A stretch of DNA of 64,000 nt. Origin: Prevotella sp. Its GTDB lineage: Bacteria > Bacillota_I > Bacilli_A > ML615J-28 > CAG-313. Under the pieces are notes generated by a model. That model ran no database searches. It was given only the letters and a program-made list of their open reading frames with translations, and was not told where the DNA came from. The stretch spans positions 396,982 to 460,981 of the forward strand of contig JAMPDF010000002.1 in assembly GCA_023665755.1 (NCBI GenBank), given 5' to 3'. Every line of letters begins with the position of its first letter. The first letter of the stretch is position 1. Made by a program: the position numbers and the translations under genes. Of this stretch, positions 19,385 to 29,007 are shown piece by piece.

Positions 19385-19924
19385 ATTATTAAGCCAGGCG
19401 ATAAAAAGGAAAATTTGGTGAATGATGAAATTGAGGCAGAATATGTCTTAGTTATATCTGAAGAAGGCGAACAATTGGGCAAACTTTCTTTGCATGACGC
19501 ATTGAAGACAGCAGAAACTAGAGGGTATGATTTGGTATGTGTTGCACCCAATGCTTCAGTTCCAGTTTGTAAATTAATGGATTATAGTAAATACCGTTAT
19601 GAACAAAATAAAAAAGCGAAGGAAGCTCGCAAAAATCAAAAAACCATTTCTGTTAAGGAAGTGCGCTTGAGTCCAACAATTGATGTTGGAGACTTTGAAA
19701 CGAAGATGCGTGCTGCTAGAAAATTCTTAACTAGTGGGGATAAAGTAAAGGTAAGTTGTCGCTTCAGAGGTCGTATGATTGAACAAGCCAATAATACAAA
19801 GCCTTTATTTAGTAAATTTGCTTTGGGTTTAGAAGACGTTGCTCAAATTGAACAAGCTCCATTTTTAGATGGGCGAAACATGTTTATGACTTTAAGTCCT
19901 AAACTACAAAAAAAGAAAAATTAA
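19385..19924 (+). CDS. infC: Translation initiation factor IF-3, with AUU start codon
   Basis: The conserved IF3 N-terminus (LVNDEIEAEYVLVISEEGEQLG) begins just after RBS GGAGGTGA (19373-19380). The first in-frame codons after the RBS are ATT ATT AAG, and the only upstream ATG lies far upstream at 19307. Confidence 0.8.
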   Translation: MIKPGDKKENLVNDEIEAEYVLVISEEGEQLGKLSLHDALKTAETRGYDLVCVAPNASVPVCKLMDYSKYRYEQNKKAKEARKNQKTISVKEVRLSPTIDVGDFETKMRAARKFLTSGDKVKVSCRFRGRMIEQANNTKPLFSKFALGLEDVAQIEQAPFLDGRNMFMTLSPKLQKKKN

Positions 19925-19942
19925 TTTGTAAGGAGAATATTT

Positions 19943-20143
19943 ATGCCAAAAATGAGATCACATAGCGGTACTAAAAAACGCTTAACTATCACAGCTACTG
20001 GTAAAGTAAGACGTGGCCAAGCTGGCAATAGACACTTAGCACCAGGAAAAACACAAAAACAAACTAGACAAATTCGTAAATTCGCTCTTGTATCTACAAG
20101 TGATAAGAGACATTTAAAACAAATTTTGTCTAATATTAAGTAG
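19943..20143 (+). CDS. rpmI: 50S ribosomal protein L35
   Basis: It starts MPKMRSHSGTKKR, is 66 aa and has RBS AAGGAG. Confidence 0.9.
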   Translation: MPKMRSHSGTKKRLTITATGKVRRGQAGNRHLAPGKTQKQTRQIRKFALVSTSDKRHLKQILSNIK

Positions 20144-20157
20144 GGAGGTAGAAGAAT

Positions 20158-20517
20158 ATGCCACGTACAAAAGGCGGAGTCGTATCAAGAAGAAGACGTA
20201 ATCGTGTTTTAAAACAAGCAAAAGGTTTCTTTGGTTCAAAACATTGTTTATTCAAGGTTGCCAACCAACAAGTTATGAAATCTCTTGTGTATGCATACAG
20301 AGATCGTAAGAATAATAAACGTAATTTCCGTAAATTATGGATTGTTAGAATTAACGCTGCAAGCCGTGCTTTAGGATTGAGTTATAATCAATTGATGCAT
20401 GGATTAAAACTTGCCAATGTGGACATCAATCGTAAGATGTTAGCCGATTTAGCTGTAAATGATGCTGCAATGTTTGCTAATCTTTGTGATACTGCAAAAC
20501 AAGCATTAGCTAAATAA
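20158..20517 (+). CDS. rplT: 50S ribosomal protein L20
   Basis: It starts [24 protein letters not shown], is 119 aa and lies immediately after rpmI. Confidence 0.9.
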   Translation: MPRTKGGVVSRRRRNRVLKQAKGFFGSKHCLFKVANQQVMKSLVYAYRDRKNNKRNFRKLWIVRINAASRALGLSYNQLMHGLKLANVDINRKMLADLAVNDAAMFANLCDTAKQALAK

Positions 20518-20536
20518 CTAGAATATAGTAGCAAAT

Positions 20537-20566
20537 AAAAAGGACCAGTTTTGGTCCTTTTTTCTT
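20537..20566. terminator. Bidirectional rho-independent terminator between rplT (+) and the surface phosphoesterase gene (-)
   Basis: AAAAGGACCA-gttt-TGGTCCTTTTTT has A and T tracts on both sides. Confidence 0.8.
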
Positions 20567-20575
20567 CGCTATTTG

Positions 20576-22918
20576 TTATTGAGTTTTTTTGCGGAAAATG
20601 ATAAGTACAGTAGTTAACAAGGTAATAGAAGCTAGAATATCTAATCCTAATGATTTCTTACATCCTTTTTCTTTTTCCCAAGTTGCAATTAATGTAGTAT
20701 TACCAGTAATTCCTTCTAATGAAGTGATTTGTCTTCCATTGACTTTCCAACCAGTAAACCGATAACCATCTTTTGTAGGTGTTGGTAGTGTAGGCATATT
20801 TTCAGCAGTAAAGTTTTGAGGAGCATCTTGAGATAATGTTCCACCATCTAAATTATAATTTAGGGTGTAGGTTACTGCTTTCCAAACAGCTTTTAATGTA
20901 ATATCAGAAGTTATTCCTTCAGGAAGAGTAGTAATGATCTCATCACCTAATTGCCAACCTACAAATTCATAATCATCCTTTGTTGCTGGATAGAGTGTTA
21001 TAGGAAGACGATTCGTATAAAAAGAAATAGGATTTAATCCTGAATTACTTCCTCCGTCAAGATCATAGGTAACACGATATTGAGCTGCTTCCCAAATAGC
21101 AACTAAGGTAATTTCGCCTTTAGTACCTTCAGGAATTTCGGTTATTGTTTTACGATTTAGTTTCCATCCTTTAAATACATATCCTGGTTTAGTAGGCGTA
21201 TTCAAAGCCAGTGGAAGATCTGCACCTTTATAAGTAGTAGGATTATCAGGATGATTGGTACCACCATCTAAATCATACTCAATTGGGTATTCAACAATGT
21301 TTTCATTTAAAATAAGAGGTAAATCCTTGGTTAATGTAGTTCCATCATATTTGGTTAATTGAACTTGGAAATAATAATTATAATCTGTATAATAACCAGA
21401 CCAAGTCCTAGAAGTCATATTGTTTGAAACAACAGGCATAGAAACGTTGATTTTATTTCCTCCAGTAATTTGAATGTCTGATACAATGCCGTATAAATTA
21501 TCTCCCCATTGAATAGTTACTTTTTCAGTATTTTCGTCATATGAGACAGAAACAGAATCTAAAATCTCAGAATCGGATACCTCTTCAATATATTGAGGAC
21601 GTTTTGCTTCAAGAGTGAATTCATCTAATACTGTACCTGCTGCATTGTAGCATTGAATGGTCAATTGGTTTGCTTCGACACGGACTAATACACCTAAATT
21701 ATTGAACCCACGAATTACTTTATCATAATCTTCAAGTAGGGAAGGTTGAATCTTGCTTGCATAATCCTTTAATCCTGCAGCAGCACCTTGTAAATAAGTA
21801 ACACCTAGTTTTTCATCTACTGGCCCAGAATTAGAAGAAGAGGCAGTTCCACCATAACGCAAATTTTTACGACTGTAAACATGTTCGTGTCCATTCAAGG
21901 CAAGGTCAACTTGACATTCTTCAAATACGCTTAACCAATTTCTTCTCATAATATTTGCATCGCTGACATAAGCACCTGTGGCATATAATCCAGGATGAGA
22001 GCCAACAATAATCCATTGAGAAGGATTGTTTTTAACAACGTTTCTAAACCAATCTTGTTGAGCTTGTACATCATAATTGGTTTTAACAGTATCTAGCATA
22101 ATAAATAAGATTTGATCCCAAACAAAATAGTAAGAAGAACCTATTCTATCCTCTGGTCCATTTTTTGGATAATTGTGAAATTGGTTGAATACTTCATTAG
22201 AAACATAATCACCAGCCGATTTCAAATAATATTCATGGTTACCAGGAACAGTGGCTTGAAGGAATCCTTGTAAAGAGGTTACATATTTGTAATAGTCAAT
22301 CCACTGTTGTTCAATGCCTCCTCGGTCTACTTGGTCACCTGTCATAACAACCAAGTTCGGTTGAGCAGTCATATTTTTTTGTAAAATGGCTTGAATAAGA
22401 TTTTCTGCATTTTGGAAACTTCCACCGGAACTTTGAATGTCAGTTAAAAATAAAAAAGATTTATTATCTTTATTTGTACCTGTAGTTGTAAAAGACTGAA
22501 TTTGTGAAAAGGAATCACCAGATACAACTTGATAATAGTACTTTGTATTGGCATCTAGGTTAGTTAAGGTTGCTTTGCAAACATATCTTTCTGAAAAACC
22601 GTAGCCATTTTCAGCATCACTTGCTGTATATGCATCCATATGCCATAGTGTAGAAGTTGTATCTACTTTTATAGGGTTTGCAATAGACTTGCCATCTGAA
22701 GTTTTACTATAGATGACATAGGAACCATCCTCAGAACAATGATAATTGATGCCTACTGTATCATAAGTTTCTCCAACTGTTGCAGTTAGGTAACTTATAG
22801 TGCCAGATGCTTTACTTGTTATTGGAAAAAAGGCAAGTAGGAAAGCAAATACACTTAAAGTAAATAGTGATTTTTTAATAAATTTTAGTGTCATCTTATA
22901 CCTCCTATGTATTGACAA
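20576..22918 (-). CDS. Cell-surface calcineurin-like metallophosphoesterase (purple-acid-phosphatase-like) with three C-terminal Listeria-Bacteroides (Flg_new) repeats and a C-terminal TM anchor
   Basis: The signal peptide is followed by GDQVDRG, GNHEY and NGHEHVYSR metallophosphatase motifs. Three roughly 70-aa repeats follow (YDLDGG..NP...LP.PTK.GY.F.GW) and then the hydrophobic tail ILASITLLTTVLIIF-RKKTQ. Confidence 0.75.
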   Translation of the reverse strand: MSIHRRYKMTLKFIKKSLFTLSVFAFLLAFFPITSKASGTISYLTATVGETYDTVGINYHCSEDGSYVIYSKTSDGKSIANPIKVDTTSTLWHMDAYTASDAENGYGFSERYVCKATLTNLDANTKYYYQVVSGDSFSQIQSFTTTGTNKDNKSFLFLTDIQSSGGSFQNAENLIQAILQKNMTAQPNLVVMTGDQVDRGGIEQQWIDYYKYVTSLQGFLQATVPGNHEYYLKSAGDYVSNEVFNQFHNYPKNGPEDRIGSSYYFVWDQILFIMLDTVKTNYDVQAQQDWFRNVVKNNPSQWIIVGSHPGLYATGAYVSDANIMRRNWLSVFEECQVDLALNGHEHVYSRKNLRYGGTASSSNSGPVDEKLGVTYLQGAAAGLKDYASKIQPSLLEDYDKVIRGFNNLGVLVRVEANQLTIQCYNAAGTVLDEFTLEAKRPQYIEEVSDSEILDSVSVSYDENTEKVTIQWGDNLYGIVSDIQITGGNKINVSMPVVSNNMTSRTWSGYYTDYNYYFQVQLTKYDGTTLTKDLPLILNENIVEYPIEYDLDGGTNHPDNPTTYKGADLPLALNTPTKPGYVFKGWKLNRKTITEIPEGTKGEITLVAIWEAAQYRVTYDLDGGSNSGLNPISFYTNRLPITLYPATKDDYEFVGWQLGDEIITTLPEGITSDITLKAVWKAVTYTLNYNLDGGTLSQDAPQNFTAENMPTLPTPTKDGYRFTGWKVNGRQITSLEGITGNTTLIATWEKEKGCKKSLGLDILASITLLTTVLIIFRKKTQ

Positions 22919-23034
22919 TTTATTCTATCACATTTGTAAATTTTTTTCAACCAGAATAATTTGTCAAATGAAAACGCTTTATAAAAAGTGAAAAAACATC
23001 TCACAATTTTCTTATATTCCATATTACATAAAAT

Positions 23035-23063
23035 TTTACATTTAGGGAAAAATATGGTATAAT
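23035..23063 (+). promoter_or_regulatory. Sigma-A promoter with extended -10 (TTTACA-17-TGgTATAAT)
   Basis: The -35 is at 23035-23040, the spacer is 17 nt and the -10 TATAAT is at 23058-23063, preceded by TG. Confidence 0.5.
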
Positions 23064-23085
23064 ACTAAAAAAGGAGTATTAAGAT

Positions 23086-24051
23086 ATGTACAAGAAGTTC
23101 AAGAATTGTTTATTACATCCAAAGTTAATTTATCAATATGTAGATGAACGCTTTTCTAAGATACTTTTGTATTTTTTATTGCTAGCAGTAATCTATGCTA
23201 TACCACAATTGGTTTCAACGATTCATTTTCATCACTTTCCAGATGAAACTTTACAACAGGTGGCACGTGATTTTGAAAAATCGGGTAAAATAGAATATCA
23301 ATTCGAAAAAATTGATGGACAAGTACAGCTTGTTTCTACGCAAGACGTAGTTCGGCCACAATATGTACGGCTAAACTCCTATATTTTTTCTTTCTATCCA
23401 GTGATATTGCTTTTTCATGAAGAGAGCACGGCATTAGAAAATTATCAATTGCCTACAGATTTAGAAGGAAAAGATTGTTGTTATGTTGAGTTTACCAAAG
23501 ATAAAGTGAGTCTTTCTATACAAACGTATAATTCTAATCAAGAAGACGTTCAAAAATCAAAACGACAATTGTTCAATCAAACTGGATTAAATTGGCATCT
23601 TTTTGAAATGACGTACGAAAAGTTAGGTGTAGGTACATTAGACTTACGACTGGCTTATGAGAATAAAACCCTATTCGCAGAAGCATGCAATACTTTTTTA
23701 ATGGGAATTTATCATCAATACAAAGCATTGTTCCTTACAACAGGGGTAATTCGAGTATTAATTGTTTCTATTTTGGCTACTTTATTCGAAATTTTAATAC
23801 TAGCTATTATTGTACAATTTTTATATCGAAAGATGAACATATCTTTTGCCAATAGTTATAAAATTATGATATTGTGTTATACGCCAAGGGTAATTTTAAA
23901 TACTTTCTCTATACTCTGGTCGAGTATATGGTTGTATTTGCTTGGCGAAATTATTTCTGTTATTTATTTATTAATTACTATACGCTATTATAGTTTGCAT
24001 CAAATGGCAAAGAAAATTACCATTCACATTCATAACGATAATCAAGAATAG
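23086..24051 (+). CDS. Polytopic membrane protein, unknown function
   Basis: Hydrophobic helices lie at the N- and C-terminal thirds. There is no catalytic motif. It is located directly upstream of leuS. Confidence 0.5.
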   Translation: MYKKFKNCLLHPKLIYQYVDERFSKILLYFLLLAVIYAIPQLVSTIHFHHFPDETLQQVARDFEKSGKIEYQFEKIDGQVQLVSTQDVVRPQYVRLNSYIFSFYPVILLFHEESTALENYQLPTDLEGKDCCYVEFTKDKVSLSIQTYNSNQEDVQKSKRQLFNQTGLNWHLFEMTYEKLGVGTLDLRLAYENKTLFAEACNTFLMGIYHQYKALFLTTGVIRVLIVSILATLFEILILAIIVQFLYRKMNISFANSYKIMILCYTPRVILNTFSILWSSIWLYLLGEIISVIYLLITIRYYSLHQMAKKITIHIHNDNQE

Positions 24052-24065
24052 AAGGAGAAAAATAT

Positions 24066-26483
24066 ATGAGTTATAATCATATTCAAATTGATAAAAAGTG
24101 GCAGGCCTACTGGGATAAGCATCAAACCTTTAAAACACCATCTGTTTCAGATAAACCAAAATTTTATGCGATGGATATGTTTCCCTATCCTAGTGGAGCA
24201 GGGCTACATGTCGGACACCCAGAAGGATATACAGCAACTGATATTATTTGTCGCTATAAACGAATGAAAGGTTTCAATGTAATGCATCCAATGGGATGGG
24301 ATGCATTTGGGCTTCCAGCAGAGCAGTATGCTATCCAAACTGGAAATGATCCAAGGGAATTCACGTTAAAAAATATTGCTAATTTCAAAAGACAATTAAA
24401 GATGCTAGGACTTTCATATGATTGGACAAGAGAAATTGCTACATGTGATCCAGCATATTTCAAGTGGACCCAATGGATTTTCTCCCAATTGTATCGTAAA
24501 GGATTGGCGGAACTAAAGGAGATAGAAGTCAATTGGTGTGAGGGATTAGGAACAGTACTTGCTAACGAAGAAATCATTAATAAAGATGGCAAAATGGTAA
24601 GTGAAAGAGGAGAATTTCCTGTTGAAAAACGCCCTATGAAACAATGGGTTCTAAAGATAACTGCATATGCAGAAAGATTATTGCAGGATTTAGATGAAAT
24701 TGATTGGCCTGAATCAATTAAAGAAATGCAAAGAAATTGGATTGGCAAAAGCAATGGTGCACTCATTGATTTTAAGGTGAAAGATAGCAATCAAAAGTTT
24801 ACTGTCTTTACTACACGTTGTGATACATTATTCGGAGCTACCTATTGTGTTCTTGCCCCTGAACATGAATTGGTTGAAAAAATTACAACAGAAGAGCAAA
24901 AAGAAGCAATAGCTGCATATGTAGCTTTTGCTAAATCAAAAACAGATTTAGACCGGACAGAATTAAACAAAGAAAAAACAGGATGTTTTACGGGGTCCTA
25001 TGCTATTAATCCAGTTAATGGTAAAACAATTCCTATTTGGATTGCCGATTATGTATTATCTAGTTATGGAACGGGTGCAATTATGGCGGTTCCAGCACAT
25101 GATGATAGAGATTATGCATTTGCCAAAAAGTTTGGTATGGAGATTATTCCAGTTTTAGAAGGCGGAGACACTGCTCAAGAAGCTTATACAAAAGATGGTC
25201 TTCATATCAATTCAGATTTTTTAAATGGTTTAAATAAAGAAGAAGCCATTCAAAAAATGGGTGAATTTTTAGTAGAAAATGGTATAGGGCAATTATCTGT
25301 TAATTATCGTTTACGTGATTGGATTTTTTCTCGCCAACGATATTGGGGCGAACCTTTTCCAATCATTCACTGGGAAGACGGTACAATTGAATTACTAGAT
25401 GAAAGTGAGTTACCATTAGAACTACCTAAGATGAATGGGCTAAAATTATCTGGAACAGGAGAAAGTCCTCTTGCCAATGCCAAAGAATGGCTAGAAGTAA
25501 CACGATCAGATGGAATAAAAGGTAGAAGAGAAACAAACACTATGCCACAATGGGCGGGTAGTTGTTGGTATTATATTGGATATCTTTTAAAAGAAGATGG
25601 TAAGATGCAGGATTTGACTGATCCAGCTGTTCAGGAAATGATAAATAGTTGGTTACCAGTTGATTTGTACATTGGTGGAACAGAACATGCCGTATTACAT
25701 TTATTGTATGCAAGATTTTGGCATAAAGTGTTATATGATTGTGGCATCTTGAAAACAAAAGAGCCTTTTCAAAAGTTGTTCAATCAAGGTATGATTTTGG
25801 GTGAGAATGGTGTTAAAATGTCAAAATCATTAGGAAATGTAGTTAATCCAGATGATATTGTTTGCAACTATGGGGCAGATACATTAAGAGTATATGAAAT
25901 GTTTATGGGGCCATTAGAGGCAATGAAACCATGGTCAACTACTGGTGTTGATGGAGCAAGAAGATTCTTGGAACGAGTATACCGTTTAGTTACAGAAGTA
26001 GCCATAATAGATGAAAACGACTGGAGTTTAGAGAAAGTATACCATCAAACTGTGAAAAAAGTAACAGAGGATATTGAAAATTTACGTTATAATACAGCAA
26101 TTTCACAATTGATGATTTTTACCAATGAAGCCTATAAGCATCCTCAAATGCCAAAAGTGTTTTTAGAAGGATATATTAAAATGGTTTATCCATTTGCACC
26201 ACATCTTGGTGAGGAATTATGGAGTATGATTGATCATCAAGATACCATTACTTATGAACCATGGCCGCTTTATGAAGAATCAAAAACTATCAACCAAGAG
26301 GTAACAGTTGTAGTACAAGTCAATGGAAAATTGAGGGATAAATTGATCGTGGCTGTAGATACGCCTCAAGCAGAGTTGGAAAAATTGGCATTAGCTAGTT
26401 CAAAGGTTCAAAATTATTTAGAAGGAAAAACGCCAAAAAAGATAATTGTAGTAATCAATAAACTAGTCAGCATAGTTTTATAA
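24066..26483 (+). CDS. leuS: Leucine--tRNA ligase
   Basis: It has class I HIGH (HVGHPEGY) and KMSKS (VKMSKSLGN) motifs and is 805 aa. Confidence 0.95.
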   Translation: MSYNHIQIDKKWQAYWDKHQTFKTPSVSDKPKFYAMDMFPYPSGAGLHVGHPEGYTATDIICRYKRMKGFNVMHPMGWDAFGLPAEQYAIQTGNDPREFTLKNIANFKRQLKMLGLSYDWTREIATCDPAYFKWTQWIFSQLYRKGLAELKEIEVNWCEGLGTVLANEEIINKDGKMVSERGEFPVEKRPMKQWVLKITAYAERLLQDLDEIDWPESIKEMQRNWIGKSNGALIDFKVKDSNQKFTVFTTRCDTLFGATYCVLAPEHELVEKITTEEQKEAIAAYVAFAKSKTDLDRTELNKEKTGCFTGSYAINPVNGKTIPIWIADYVLSSYGTGAIMAVPAHDDRDYAFAKKFGMEIIPVLEGGDTAQEAYTKDGLHINSDFLNGLNKEEAIQKMGEFLVENGIGQLSVNYRLRDWIFSRQRYWGEPFPIIHWEDGTIELLDESELPLELPKMNGLKLSGTGESPLANAKEWLEVTRSDGIKGRRETNTMPQWAGSCWYYIGYLLKEDGKMQDLTDPAVQEMINSWLPVDLYIGGTEHAVLHLLYARFWHKVLYDCGILKTKEPFQKLFNQGMILGENGVKMSKSLGNVVNPDDIVCNYGADTLRVYEMFMGPLEAMKPWSTTGVDGARRFLERVYRLVTEVAIIDENDWSLEKVYHQTVKKVTEDIENLRYNTAISQLMIFTNEAYKHPQMPKVFLEGYIKMVYPFAPHLGEELWSMIDHQDTITYEPWPLYEESKTINQEVTVVVQVNGKLRDKLIVAVDTPQAELEKLALASSKVQNYLEGKTPKKIIVVINKLVSIVL

Positions 26484-26491
26484 AATAAAAA

Positions 26492-26752
26492 ATGGGGGGA
26501 TATTCATTGTTTCGTCTTTTTTCAATTCAAAAAAAGAAACCAAAATGCTATCACTTTATGATTGGTAGGCAAAATGTTATAATCGTTGATGCAACCATTT
26601 ACCCGAAAGAAGTATGGTATGATAAGCATATTGCATTTTTAATGCAACATTTTTCAAGTGTATATTGGTTTTCTTCTTTTGAAGAAATGGAAGAAGAATT
26701 GGTTGATTTAATGACTATAACAGATGAAGATTATTATATTTTGATAACATAG
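26492..26752 (+). CDS. Small hypothetical protein (86 aa)
   Basis: It lies 8 nt after leuS and is followed by a terminator. No recognisable motif. It could be real or a gene fragment. Confidence 0.3.
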   Translation: MGGYSLFRLFSIQKKKPKCYHFMIGRQNVIIVDATIYPKEVWYDKHIAFLMQHFSSVYWFSSFEEMEEELVDLMTITDEDYYILIT

Positions 26753-26754
26753 AG

Positions 26755-26783
26755 CTACTTGATTTTTATCAAGTAGTTTTTTA
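26755..26783 (+). terminator. Rho-independent terminator
   Basis: CTACTTGAT-tttt-ATCAAGTAG is followed by TTTTTT. Confidence 0.75.
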
Positions 26784-26840
26784 CTGCAACAATATTTAAA
26801 ATAAGTATCTAAATTTTGCCTGAAATTCTTCTAAAATCAA

Positions 26841-26869
26841 TTGTCAAAATCAATTTTTTGGGGTATAAT
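26841..26869 (+). promoter_or_regulatory. Sigma-A promoter of hpf (TTGTCA-17-TATAAT)
   Basis: The -35 is at 26841-26846, the spacer is 17 nt and the -10 is at 26864-26869. Confidence 0.55.
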
Positions 26870-26917
26870 AAAATTGTAAACAAGTAAAGTTTACAATGAA
26901 TGAAAGGAGCTGTTTTT

Positions 26918-27457
26918 ATGAAGACAACTATTAGAGCAAATGATTTAGTGAAAATGAGTGATGGTGCAAAAGCGTATATTGAGGAGCGTGTTACTACACT
27001 AGAGAAATTATTCAATAATAGCGAACATGTGGTAGCCAATGTACTATGCAAAGGATACGAAAAATATACAATTGTAGAAATTACAATACCTCTAAAACAT
27101 ATCATTTTGCGAGCAGAAAGTAAGGCAGATACACTTTATGCGGCAGTTGATTTTGCGGTGGATAAAGTGGAAAGACAGCTTTTGCGCCATAAACAAAAAG
27201 TAATGAGTATGATGAAGAAACGTGATGGCATTGGTGAATATTTCAGCCAAATGGCATCTAGTGAAGAAGAAGATATCAAACCTGTTGCAAGAACAAAAGT
27301 AATTGAAAAGGAAGTATTGTCAGTTGATGAGGCCATTACTCAAATGGAATTATCAGATCATGATTTCTTTGCATTTATTAATGAAGCCAACTATAGAAAC
27401 GCTATAGTATATGTTCGAAAAGATGGAAGTTATGGTGTTTTAGAGATGAAAGATTAG
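26918..27457 (+). CDS. hpf: Ribosome hibernation-promoting factor, long form
   Basis: The start ATG at 26918 follows RBS AAAGGAG. The N-terminal RaiA/YfiA fold and the C-terminal dimerisation domain typical of Firmicutes long HPF are present. Confidence 0.85.
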   Translation: MKTTIRANDLVKMSDGAKAYIEERVTTLEKLFNNSEHVVANVLCKGYEKYTIVEITIPLKHIILRAESKADTLYAAVDFAVDKVERQLLRHKQKVMSMMKKRDGIGEYFSQMASSEEEDIKPVARTKVIEKEVLSVDEAITQMELSDHDFFAFINEANYRNAIVYVRKDGSYGVLEMKD

Positions 27458-27480
27458 AGGTCTTTAGACCTCTTTTTCTA
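27455..27480 (+). terminator. Rho-independent terminator after hpf
   Basis: AGAGGTC-ttta-GACCTCT is followed by TTTTT. Confidence 0.7.
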
Positions 27481-27549
27481 ATGATTTGATGTAAGGACTA
27501 AAAAAGTGTATAATATAAATAAAGAATATATAAATAAGGAAAAAGAGAA

Positions 27550-28245
27550 ATGAAAAAGATAGTTTGTATGGATTTAGGGAATACCATTATTCATAATGAT
27601 GTGCTTTGTTTTGAAATTGGTTATGAGAAATTGTATTCTGTAGTGGAAAAGACTAGTATAAGTGTAGAAGAATGGAAACAAAGTATGCATCAATTATATC
27701 TTTACACGTTTGCTACACGGGAAAAAGATTGTATGGAAATCCCTTTTCAACAATTTTTAAAAAAAGCAATGGAACTAATGAATGTGCAAACCCAATATTC
27801 GTTAGATGATTTGGAATATTTGTTTTATCAGGCCGCTACAATGGATAGTATTGAGAAAGATATTTTTTCTTTTTTTTCTTTTCTCAAGGCGAAAAATATA
27901 CCTATTTATGTTATCAGTAATTCCACATTTTCTAAAAGATGTTTACTCGATACATTAATAAGATTAGGTCTAAATGGTTATATTGTTGAGGTATATTCAT
28001 CTGCTGATGTAGGAATCCGAAAGCCTGATGCTCGTTTTTTTGATCGATTAACTGCATTGCAATCATTTTCAAAAGAAGAGATATTATATATTGGTAACGA
28101 TGCATTTATTGATTATAATTTTGCTAAAAATAGTGGGATTGAGTTTATTTGGTATAATCCAGAAAAGCAAAAGAAAGATATAATGTGTCAAACGATTGAA
28201 AACTATCAAGAATTAATAGAAATATGGGGTGAAAAATTTGATTAG
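27550..28245 (+). CDS. HAD-superfamily hydrolase (subfamily IA-like)
   Basis: It has the N-terminal DxG-type motif (CMDLGNT), a HAD core and a C-terminal GNDAFIDYNFAKNSG motif. Confidence 0.6.
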   Translation: MKKIVCMDLGNTIIHNDVLCFEIGYEKLYSVVEKTSISVEEWKQSMHQLYLYTFATREKDCMEIPFQQFLKKAMELMNVQTQYSLDDLEYLFYQAATMDSIEKDIFSFFSFLKAKNIPIYVISNSTFSKRCLLDTLIRLGLNGYIVEVYSSADVGIRKPDARFFDRLTALQSFSKEEILYIGNDAFIDYNFAKNSGIEFIWYNPEKQKKDIMCQTIENYQELIEIWGEKFD

Positions 28246-28879
28246 CAATTATCAAGAATTTAAAGAAAAAATCACTAGTTTATCAAAAGAAAATCCTCCC
28301 AAGAAATTATTATTGCATAGTTGTTGTGCACCATGTAGTACTCATGTTTTAACTATTCTATCTAAGATAGCAAAAGTTACAATTTTATTTTATAATCCCA
28401 ATATAGATACCAAAAGTGAATATGATATGAGATTATTAGAGGTAAAGCAATTGATTCAGTTGATGCACCTTCCAATTGAAGTGGTTGAACTGGGGTATCA
28501 ACATAATGATTTTTTGAAAGCAATTCAGGGTAAAGAAACATTAGGAGAAAGAAGTAGTCGGTGCTATTCTTGTTATGAAGAAAGATTGATTGTCACTGCA
28601 AATTATGCTAAGGAAAATGGATATGACTATTTCACAACCACGTTATCAATAAGTCCGTATAAAAATAGCAATTGGTTGAATGAAATTGGATATCGATTAT
28701 CTACAGAAACATGTCAATACTTGTATTCTAACTATAAGAAGGAAAATGGTTATCAGCATTCTATTGCATTATCTAAACAATATCAATTGTACCGACAGGA
28801 CTATTGTGGTTGTGAGTTTTCCAAAAAAGAACATGAAATGCGACTAACTATTGCCACGAAAGATAAAAGATACGAATAA
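28229..28879 (+). CDS. queH: Epoxyqueuosine reductase QueH (DUF208)
   Basis: It carries the conserved LLHSCCAPCS motif and CxxC cysteines typical of QueH. Confidence 0.7.
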   Translation: MKNLISNYQEFKEKITSLSKENPPKKLLLHSCCAPCSTHVLTILSKIAKVTILFYNPNIDTKSEYDMRLLEVKQLIQLMHLPIEVVELGYQHNDFLKAIQGKETLGERSSRCYSCYEERLIVTANYAKENGYDYFTTTLSISPYKNSNWLNEIGYRLSTETCQYLYSNYKKENGYQHSIALSKQYQLYRQDYCGCEFSKKEHEMRLTIATKDKRYE

Positions 28880-29007
28880 CTTGAAAAAAAAATTAAAATT
28901 TGATATGATATAAAGGATGAAATGTAGAATTTTAAATAGGGATATTTGTTGATAATTGATTCAAATATATAAGAATAATTTATAAAATATAAGGAGGATA
29001 TACAAAT

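Noticed and set aside
22919-23085. Possible T-box leader upstream of leuS
   Set aside because: leuS starts 14 nt after the preceding membrane-protein gene. The only sizeable upstream non-coding stretch (22919-23085) lacks the T-box consensus AATTAGGGTGGNACCGCG and a specifier-loop architecture. It contains promoters only.
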